Shown: positions 1 to 6,650 of the stretch, one piece after another
Layout of the letters: every line of letters starts with the position of its first letter
How positions within the stretch are numbered: the first letter of the stretch is position 1
Assembly: GCA_963760245.1 (NCBI GenBank)
Contig: CAVXCH010000004.1
Location: forward strand, 20,241 to 84,240
DNA length: 64,000 nt
Direction: 5' to 3'
From: an uncultured Chloroflexia bacterium
GTDB lineage: Bacteria > Chloroflexota > Anaerolineae > Anaerolineales > Villigracilaceae
The notes under the pieces: generated by a model
What the model was told of the DNA's origin: nothing
What the model saw: only the letters and a program-made list of their open reading frames with translations
Databases searched by the model: none
Translations under genes and position numbers: made by a program

Positions 1-390
1 GCGAATGAGGTAGCAACCAACAACTAACCCGGTACGCCCTATTCCACCGACGCAATGGAGATAAACCTTGCGACTTTCCGAGAGAGCCGCATCAATGGCA
101 TCCAATGCGGCTACCATCATTTGGGGGGAGGGTACACTAAAATCCGGAAAAGAAAAACGCAGATGCCGGACTTCCAGTTCAAAATAGGTGGCTTCATTTT
201 TCAGAATGGATGTATACGGGGGGCGCTCATTTTCGATTGTCAGGTCTATGAAAGTGTCGAAACCGGCATTAAGGAAGGCGGAGAGACGCTCGTGGGTTAC
301 AGCCTTATTGTTACTACGGACCGGATATTCTCCCGCCAGAAACTGTCCCGGGAACACCCAGTAGGATTCGGGGATGGGCTTATCGATCAT
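1..390 (-). CDS. Dual-specificity / tyrosine protein phosphatase (partial, C-terminus beyond window edge)
   Basis: Not in the ORF track because it runs off the edge. My minus-strand translation from the ATG at 390 reads MIDKPIPESYWVFPGQFLAGEYP...SRKVYLHCVGGIGRTGLVVGCYLIR with no stops. It contains the Cys-X5-Arg(S/T) PTP signature HCVGGIGRTG. The ATG overlaps the upstream stop (ATGA at 387-390). Confidence 0.75.
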   Translation of the reverse strand, partial: MIDKPIPESYWVFPGQFLAGEYPVRSNNKAVTHERLSAFLNAGFDTFIDLTIENERPPYTSILKNEATYFELEVRHLRFSFPDFSVPSPQMMVAALDAIDAALSESRKVYLHCVGGIGRTGLVVGCYLIR

Positions 391-1415
391 GGGAAGAGGA
401 AATATACCTTCAGCATACCGGAAGATTTCCGGCTGGTAAGCACAATCCCATAATCCCCAGCCGGGAGACGGTATTGTTTTTGCCAGTCGCTGGCAACAAT
501 GGAAACATCTTCTGAGTGCAAGAGCAGGAGCGAAGGCCCCTGTGACGGTGCAAGAGCCACATCAAAGTAATGAGTATCGATGCCAGTAACGCGGATGAAG
601 ATAGCCACATCACCGGCTCTGGGCAGATTGAACATGGCGATAGTCTCAGCTTCAACGTTGCGGGTAGAGAGGTCCACCGTGTCAGCAAGGTCGAACCCTT
701 TAGGCGGCTTGAGAAGCCCGTCCCCCAGGGTGGAGGTCAAAAGCATCCCGGCCCCGATCAAAGCCGCCGCAATCACTCCCCCCGCCAACACCCAGCGCCA
801 GGCCTGTACAGATTTTCCTCCGCCTGTAAACAAACCATGCCAATCCAAGCGCATACCCGCGTAACGCCGGACAAACAAGAACCAGCCACCGGCAAAGAAG
901 GCCAAGGCTACAAAAGCCACACTCAACGGTGGCAGCCCGCTGTGGGCAAGGAACCTGGTCACATCGTCGCCAGTGGGAGCTTCCTTTATCATGTAGAAGA
1001 AGGGAATGACGACCCAGGCCAACAGGGAGCAAAGGGTACCGGCTGAGGCTATGAATTTGGTCCAAAGAACCAGCGGGCTGCTGTTTTTCGGTAAAGTGAG
1101 GATCAGCATCAGCCAAACCAGGACTGGCAGCCCCACGCCGCTGATGTTGATCACAGCATCCTGGAAGCGAGTAAATTTTCCGCCAATATAGACATGCGCG
1201 CCAAGGTTGAAAAAGTTTAAATTAACTTCCCCAATCCGACCCCCGAAAGCCAGACCAGCCAGGGCGTGCCCGCCCTCATGCAGAACGGTATATGCCAGTG
1301 CGATCCCCAAGGCAATCAGCAGCGTAAAACTGGCAAATTTGAGTCGATCGGTAGTGAATGTCATTGGATCTTCGGGCGGGTGCACAATTTTGATTAGGCC
1401 AGTAGATGCATTCAA
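387..1415 (-). CDS. Membrane zinc metalloprotease-like protein (M50B-like HExxH) with a C-terminal soluble beta-rich domain
   Basis: 342-aa ORF with an HExxH motif inside a TM helix (TVLHEGGHALAG), 5-6 predicted TM segments and a non-hydrophobic tail of about 110 aa. Stop overlaps the phosphatase start. Confidence 0.55.
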   Translation of the reverse strand: MNASTGLIKIVHPPEDPMTFTTDRLKFASFTLLIALGIALAYTVLHEGGHALAGLAFGGRIGEVNLNFFNLGAHVYIGGKFTRFQDAVINISGVGLPVLVWLMLILTLPKNSSPLVLWTKFIASAGTLCSLLAWVVIPFFYMIKEAPTGDDVTRFLAHSGLPPLSVAFVALAFFAGGWFLFVRRYAGMRLDWHGLFTGGGKSVQAWRWVLAGGVIAAALIGAGMLLTSTLGDGLLKPPKGFDLADTVDLSTRNVEAETIAMFNLPRAGDVAIFIRVTGIDTHYFDVALAPSQGPSLLLLHSEDVSIVASDWQKQYRLPAGDYGIVLTSRKSSGMLKVYFLFP

Positions 1416-1463
1416 ATCTGCTCACGATTCCTGCCCTCATTAAATATCAATATTCCGCAAAGG

Positions 1464-1910
1464 CTATTTGCCCATCATCTCCTGGACTATTTCCACTGCG
1501 TCTCCAACAAAATGAGGGCAGAGTGTTTTGAACACCTCTTTATCGACTGCCTGTTTCCGACCTGCATCGGTGCTGATATCAAAACCCAACAGTTCCCGGC
1601 AAAGGATGGAGCCATGCACGGACTCAAAACGACGTAAGAACTCCTGCCCAAGCCGGTAGGCATCCTCCTTTCCTGACGGAGTATCCGCTCCCATTGCCAG
1701 GCCGAGGGCCATCAACCCCCCCGACACTGCTCCGCATACCTGACCGCGGCGTGCAACACCGCCGCCAAAAGGTGAGGCTATTTTAAGCATGCTATTCTCA
1801 TCCATACCCAATTGAGACGCAAAGGTCGCTAATACCGACTGGGCACAATTGAAATTCCGTTTGAATAAAGAAACGGCAATTTCAGAAGGATCGAATTTAG
1901 AAGGTTCCAT
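1464..1910 (-). CDS. C_GCAxxG_C_C family redox-type protein
   Basis: Motifs NCAQSVL and QVCGAVSGG..ALG are typical of the family. I chose the ATG at 1910 (MEPSKFDP...) because the longer ORF overlaps the prs 3' end. Confidence 0.65.
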   Translation of the reverse strand: MEPSKFDPSEIAVSLFKRNFNCAQSVLATFASQLGMDENSMLKIASPFGGGVARRGQVCGAVSGGLMALGLAMGADTPSGKEDAYRLGQEFLRRFESVHGSILCRELLGFDISTDAGRKQAVDKEVFKTLCPHFVGDAVEIVQEMMGK

Positions 1911-1914
1911 TTTT

Positions 1915-2913
1915 TTATCCGGATTTCTCCGGGTTTTCGTCCCCATAAATAAACAAATCCCCAATAGACTCCCGCAAATAGTTGCGACGAATGGCATCCC
2001 CGAAAACAGGGGCGATCGAGAGCACGTGCAGTTTAGGATGACGCTTTTCAGGGGGAATATAGACGGTATCGGTGGTGACGATCTCTGTAATCTGAGGAAC
2101 GGAGGTCAGTTTTTGCAACCCACCGTGTACGAAGACCCCATGGGTGGAAGCCACCCAGATTTCCTGGACGCCCTCCCCGACCAGGATGCGGCTTAGCTCC
2201 AGCACCGACCCACCGGTGGCAATCTCATCATCATAAATAATGGCCTTCCGAAATCCCTGCACCGGGCGCCCAATCAAACCGCTGATTACAACTTTTGTGT
2301 CGGATAGGCGCTCCTTGTTCCCGGCTGCGACCGGCAGGTTCAGCCCCCTGGCAAACAAAGCGGCCGGCCCGGCTGAGCCCATATCGGGTGCAACCACCAC
2401 GGTCTCAGCCAGGTCGTGCGACTGAAAATAATTCCGGAAAACCGGTCGGCTGGTCAAGGGATCGGTGGGCACGCTGAAAAAGCCATGGGCTTGCGGCGAG
2501 TGCAATACCATTGTCATTACGTGGGTGGCACCGGCAGTCCTCAGCAGGTCGGCAACCAAGCGGGCCGTTATGGAAATGCGCGGCGCATCCTTTTTGTCTG
2601 AACGGGCAAAGGAAAAATACGGGATGATGGCATGAACTTCTTTAGCCGAGGCAGAGCGGGCGATATCCAGCATCATCAGCAACTCCACCAGGTTGTCGTT
2701 GACTGGGGGTGCAAGTGTTTGGACGATGAAAACGATGCGCGAGCGAACACTGGCACCGAGCTGGATATACAGGTTGTCATTGCTGAACCTGCTGACCAAT
2801 GTCTTTTCGAGCGGAAGGTTCAGATAGGCAGCAATATCGGCAGCCAGATGCGGGTGTGAACTGCCGCTGAAAATGCGAATTTCGTCCGGGTCAAGTGTGG
2901 TCCGATTGGTCAA
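1915..2913 (-). CDS. prs: Ribose-phosphate pyrophosphokinase
   Basis: 332 aa. N-terminal IFSGSSHPHLAADIA..L, PRPP-binding loop IIYDDEIATGGS. TTG start with GAGGAA 8 nt upstream. Confidence 0.9.
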   Translation of the reverse strand: MTNRTTLDPDEIRIFSGSSHPHLAADIAAYLNLPLEKTLVSRFSNDNLYIQLGASVRSRIVFIVQTLAPPVNDNLVELLMMLDIARSASAKEVHAIIPYFSFARSDKKDAPRISITARLVADLLRTAGATHVMTMVLHSPQAHGFFSVPTDPLTSRPVFRNYFQSHDLAETVVVAPDMGSAGPAALFARGLNLPVAAGNKERLSDTKVVISGLIGRPVQGFRKAIIYDDEIATGGSVLELSRILVGEGVQEIWVASTHGVFVHGGLQKLTSVPQITEIVTTDTVYIPPEKRHPKLHVLSIAPVFGDAIRRNYLRESIGDLFIYGDENPEKSG

Positions 2914-3056
2914 TGGATAAATTCCTCATGCGATGCGGTTGAAAGTGTGCAATATTTTAAAACTTAGAGTTTTTACAGCCCTTACCGAAGCAAGCCAAGA
3001 GCGGACTGGTTCTTTGAACACGTACTGTGCGGATTCCGGGAGTCAATGCAACCTCT

Positions 3057-3085
3057 ATAAAAAGGGGCGGAACATATTCCGCCCC
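3057..3085 (-). terminator. Rho-independent terminator ending the radical-SAM gene block
   Basis: 9-bp GC-rich stem (plus strand GGGGCGGAA 3064-3072 / TTCCGCCCC 3077-3085, loop CATA). On the minus strand it is followed by TTTTTAT. It lies 16 nt after the stop at 3101. Confidence 0.75.
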
Positions 3086-3100
3086 CAGTGGGAAATCGAG

Positions 3101-4495
3101 CTAATGATAAATTTTCTCCCAAGGATCCCTCAGGAAATTCCCCAGGATCTTATCAGCTTCGCCCTGGGTGGGAAGCACATCGCCATCCGGTTCGACATAC
3201 AACCAGGCTTTGCCCGCGCCGGAGGGTACTTCGTCCTCGATGGTCTCGTGCGCCACAGGGTTCTCAGCGGAATAGGGAACGGGCAGGTCCCAGCGCAGGG
3301 TGAGACCGAGGCTGGCGGCTTTATTGTGCAAAACATGGAGGGCTTCGTGAAGAGAAGCCTCGGAAGCGCCGAGCGAGAGACTCTTGACCTCCAGTTTCGC
3401 CAGTTTTTCCAGAATTTCCCCGGCTTTGTTCACATTCTGCGGGGTAACCGTCAAGTGGACGGTGGTGTATAAATCTTCGGGCATGACCGTTTCCAACCCC
3501 TTCCAGGAGTCTGTGTTCTCAGGATCAAGAATAAAAAGTAAATGATCGAGACCGGTTTGCAGGAGGGTGTTCAGGTATTCTTTATCAGCCAGTTTCAACC
3601 CGTCGGAGAGCAAGCCGGCAACCTGCCCAACCTTCTCGGCGTGGGCAATCAGTGCCGGCAGGTCTTCGCGCAGGGTGGGCTCACCTCCGGTGAAAGTGAT
3701 GTGGGGGATGCCAACCGCCCAGGCCTTATCCATAATGGTTTCCCATTCCTGGGTAGTGAGTTCACGGTCTACGCGCTTGGTGGGAGCAAGCGAGGCGTCT
3801 GAACCAGCGGGCAGTCGATAGGTGAGCGCACAATCCAGACGCAAGGGCGCAGTCAAGTCGTGGGAATGAGGTGCGATGCGTTCAAAGTCGAGGAAGGTGG
3901 TCGGGTCCAGATCGGGGGTATGGATGAGTGTCTGGACGCGGTCACGGAAATCGGTGTAATCCATCAGCGCTTCCGCCTGGCTAATGCGGTAACGCTTGGA
4001 GATATGCCTGGCAGTTTCATCAGGCGAAGTGCCTTTTATCATGTGATAGGCAAATTCTGAGGCTGTGGCGTTCAGATGCAAAACCGTGGCGGCGTTAACG
4101 ATGAAGATGCCGGAACCGTCCTTCAGGAGGCGCAGATGCAAGCGATACGGAGGTTCATCCGGACCGGACTGGAAGGTGTGGGTTTCGGCGGGCAAAGGCT
4201 GATGGCGACCAGGTTTTTCAGCAAGGATCCAGAGGAGGATGAATCCCACCAGCAAAAGAAGCGCCTGGATGAAAATGCTGTATTTATACAGGAACCCACG
4301 GTGAATGAAAAAATAAAAGTAAATGGCAACCAGGAGGAAGACGATCCCGATAATTCGTACGATTACCCCTTTTGCATTATAGTTGCCTACTTTTAGTCTG
4401 CCTGCGATAAGGAGGAAAAGGCCCAGGAGGGGCATAATTACAAGAAAAACATACCGGGAGAGCAGATCCAAAGTGTTCAGCACTGTTTGGGACAT
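3101..4495 (-). CDS. Membrane-anchored radical-SAM/SPASM-like pseudoenzyme with RRE (PqqD-like) domain; Fe-S cysteines lost
   Basis: 464 aa with strong RBS AAGGAGG. Three N-terminal TM helices, then a PqqD-like segment (YRLHLRLLKDGSGIFIVNAATVLHLNATASEF..). The rSAM core keeps FTGGEPTL, but the CX3CX2C position reads YRLPAGSDASLA. The SPASM-equivalent region (AWLYVEPDGDVLPTQGEADKILGNF) has no Cys. Clear paralogue of 5197..6617. Confidence 0.8.
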   Translation of the reverse strand: MSQTVLNTLDLLSRYVFLVIMPLLGLFLLIAGRLKVGNYNAKGVIVRIIGIVFLLVAIYFYFFIHRGFLYKYSIFIQALLLLVGFILLWILAEKPGRHQPLPAETHTFQSGPDEPPYRLHLRLLKDGSGIFIVNAATVLHLNATASEFAYHMIKGTSPDETARHISKRYRISQAEALMDYTDFRDRVQTLIHTPDLDPTTFLDFERIAPHSHDLTAPLRLDCALTYRLPAGSDASLAPTKRVDRELTTQEWETIMDKAWAVGIPHITFTGGEPTLREDLPALIAHAEKVGQVAGLLSDGLKLADKEYLNTLLQTGLDHLLFILDPENTDSWKGLETVMPEDLYTTVHLTVTPQNVNKAGEILEKLAKLEVKSLSLGASEASLHEALHVLHNKAASLGLTLRWDLPVPYSAENPVAHETIEDEVPSGAGKAWLYVEPDGDVLPTQGEADKILGNFLRDPWEKIYH

Positions 4496-4510
4496 CGCAG
4501 CCTCCTTAAT

Positions 4511-4855
4511 TCATTCACGAATGAAGTGCGGTATTTCAAAAGGAATTTCAAAAGAAAACTCAATATAGCCGGCGTAGCGGCCGTCCTTGAACCAGGGGGA
4601 TTGATAAATGAATTTCTTGATACCATTCTTTTCGATGGTATAAGCATTAGCCTTTTGCTCATCCATCAGGCGTTCCAGTTTGCCGCGAGCGGGGTCGGGG
4701 TGGCAGTCGAGCATGTTCTTGCCAATCAAGGCGAGCCCGCCATCCTTAGCCATGGATTTGGCGGCCTTGTCGTTCATTTCGAGGATAATGCCGTCCGGGT
4801 CACTCACGGTGATTGCGGCAGGGAATTCCTTGATCCAGGCGTTTTCTTTGCTCAT
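4511..4855 (-). CDS. Small PAS-like protein (PAS_10-like, conserved DCHPDP motif), paralogue A
   Basis: 114 aa, RBS AAGGAG. Pattern ..ITVSDPDGIILEMNDKAA..LIGKNMLDCHPDPA..YTIEKNG..QSPW fits a single PAS fold. About 45% identical by eye to the next gene. Confidence 0.7.
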   Translation of the reverse strand: MSKENAWIKEFPAAITVSDPDGIILEMNDKAAKSMAKDGGLALIGKNMLDCHPDPARGKLERLMDEQKANAYTIEKNGIKKFIYQSPWFKDGRYAGYIEFSFEIPFEIPHFIRE

Positions 4856-4858
4856 GTT

Positions 4859-5200
4859 CTACTCCTTTTTGAAATGCGGAACATTTTCCGGAACAATAAA
4901 CGATATTTCCACGTACCCGGAATACAGGCCTTCCAGGTACCAGGGCGATTGGAAAAAGAAGCGTTTCTCGCCGTTCTCTGTGTTGAAATAGCAGTTGGTG
5001 GATTGGTCGTCCAACATACCCCCCAACTTGGTAAAGGCCGGGTCAGGATGGCAGTCGAGCACATTTGCGCCAAGGAGACCTTTTCCTCCGTCACCAGCGA
5101 AGAGCGCTTCGGCGTGGTCGTTCAATTCGAGGATGATCCCGCTGGAATCACAGACCATGATCTCGGCCGGAACCCCTTTCACCCAAAGTCCGTTGCTCAT
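4859..5200 (-). CDS. Small PAS-like protein, paralogue B
   Basis: Start chosen at MSNGLWVKG (ATG 5200), which forms an ATGA overlap with the upstream rSAM stop (5197-5200). It shares LDCHPDPA, QSPW and PHF motifs with paralogue A. Confidence 0.7.
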   Translation of the reverse strand: MSNGLWVKGVPAEIMVCDSSGIILELNDHAEALFAGDGGKGLLGANVLDCHPDPAFTKLGGMLDDQSTNCYFNTENGEKRFFFQSPWYLEGLYSGYVEISFIVPENVPHFKKE

Positions 5201-6617
5201 GCGACGCTCCCCTGCGCCACGTTTTTTTCGAATTGCAACGGGCAGCCGCCACCGCACTCGGCAAGCACAGCACAGCCGTTGCATTTTGCCGGCAGGGACT
5301 GGCGTTCGCGCAGCCTGACAGCCAGGTCGTGGTTCCAGATGGAATCCCAGTCATCAGCCAACAGGTTGCCGAGTTGATGATAATAAGACTGACAGGGCAG
5401 CACCCCACCATCGGGTTCGATGCACATGTTATAGAGGGCAGCTGTGCAACCCTTTACGCCCAGGTCCAGCGCCATCGGGTCGAAATCACAATACTGGGTG
5501 GGCGTATACCAGATAAGACGCTGGCCGCGGGCGAAGGTCTTTTGACGAGCCACTTCCAGAAGCGGGGACAAATCAGACTCTGCCAGCCCCGTCCCCACCA
5601 CGGAGCCTCGGCCCGAGTGGATCAGTGCGTTAAGTCCCACCGTGGGGACGCCAGTATCAGCCAGGAAATCCAGGGTGGCCGGGATGGTGTGGGCATTCGT
5701 GCGCAGCATGGTGGTATTGGTCATCACATAAAGTGGACTGGCGAGAGCGTTCTTCAACCCTTTGATCGTCTGCGGGAAAGCGCCCCTGGTGCGTACCATG
5801 GCATCATGGACCTCAGCATCGTTCGACTCAACCGTGATCTGAACGTGATCCAGCCCTGCAGCAACCAGCTTCTCAACATAACGCGGGTCCGAAAGGCGCC
5901 GGGCATTGGTGTTCAGCCCGGTGATCTGACCATTCTTCTCGGCGTGGGCCACGAGATCAGGCAGGTCATCGCGCAGGGTGGGCTCGCCGCCGGTGAAAAT
6001 AATGTGCGGAATGCCCAGTTCCCAGGCCTTGTCGAGGACGCGTTGCCAGCCTCCGGTGGAGAGTTCAGCTTTCGCATTTGAAGCTTCGGCCCGAGTAAAT
6101 TTCCCCCCTGCTCTAATGCCGTGGGGGAGGAATGTTGGACGTTATAACAGTGGGCGCAGTCGTTATTGCAGCGATACGTAAGCGCCAGGTCGAGACGGTA
6201 GGGGGCAGTAGGGCGGGCTGAGAATGGCATGACCGTTTCGAGCCCAAGCTCGTGGATCGGACAGGCACCGTCGGGACGGACGAGTTCTTCGAGCTGGCTG
6301 CGGACGGCTGCCACGTCCGCGCGCGCCTGGGCAGCATTTACGTGATATTTCCGCCGGATCAGGCGTACGGCTTCCCGTTCGGAGATGTCCTCCAGGGAAA
6401 AGTACGCCATCAAGGCGGCAGTGGGGTTAAGGTGCAGGATGCGATTGGCATTGACGATCAAAGTACCGTGACCATCAGGGTCCAGACGAAGGTGGATACG
6501 ACTTTTTTCATCCTTATCGACGCGATTATAGTGATACAACCCGGATTGAGGCTCCCCTACGGGGGCCTTTTTTCGGCTGAGGTCTTTTGACTGAACAACC
6601 TTTTCAACATCCGACAC
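5197..6617 (-). pseudogene. RRE-radical SAM/SPASM peptide/protein maturase; reading frame broken once as assembled (possible sequencing indel)
   Basis: ORF 5913..6617 carries the PqqD-like domain and YRCNNDCAHCYN (CX3CX2C), then goes out of frame. ORF 5197..5952, extended upstream, reads ELSTGGWQRVLDKAWELGIPHIIFTGGEPTL...; its C-terminus has CX2CX5CX3C (CNGCAVLAECGGGC). The two frames overlap over 6062-6140, which contains a C6 run at 6103-6108. GTG start without an obvious SD. Confidence 0.85.
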
Positions 6618-6650
6618 CTATAAATAAGAATGGAATCTTCCGATCAAGAT

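Noticed and set aside
55-453. 132-aa plus-strand ORF at the window start
   Set aside because: It is antisense to a much better supported minus-strand phosphatase ORF with the HCVGGIGRTG signature, and it has no recognisable motif.
5233-6081. 282-aa plus-strand ORF, together with similar long antisense ORFs (for example 51783..52919, 38864..39601, 9848..10540, 17591..18313, 58457..59116, 14547..15185)
   Set aside because: Each lies entirely opposite a gene with clear family motifs. Their Arg/Gly/Pro/His-rich, low-complexity composition is typical of shadow ORFs in GC-rich coding DNA.
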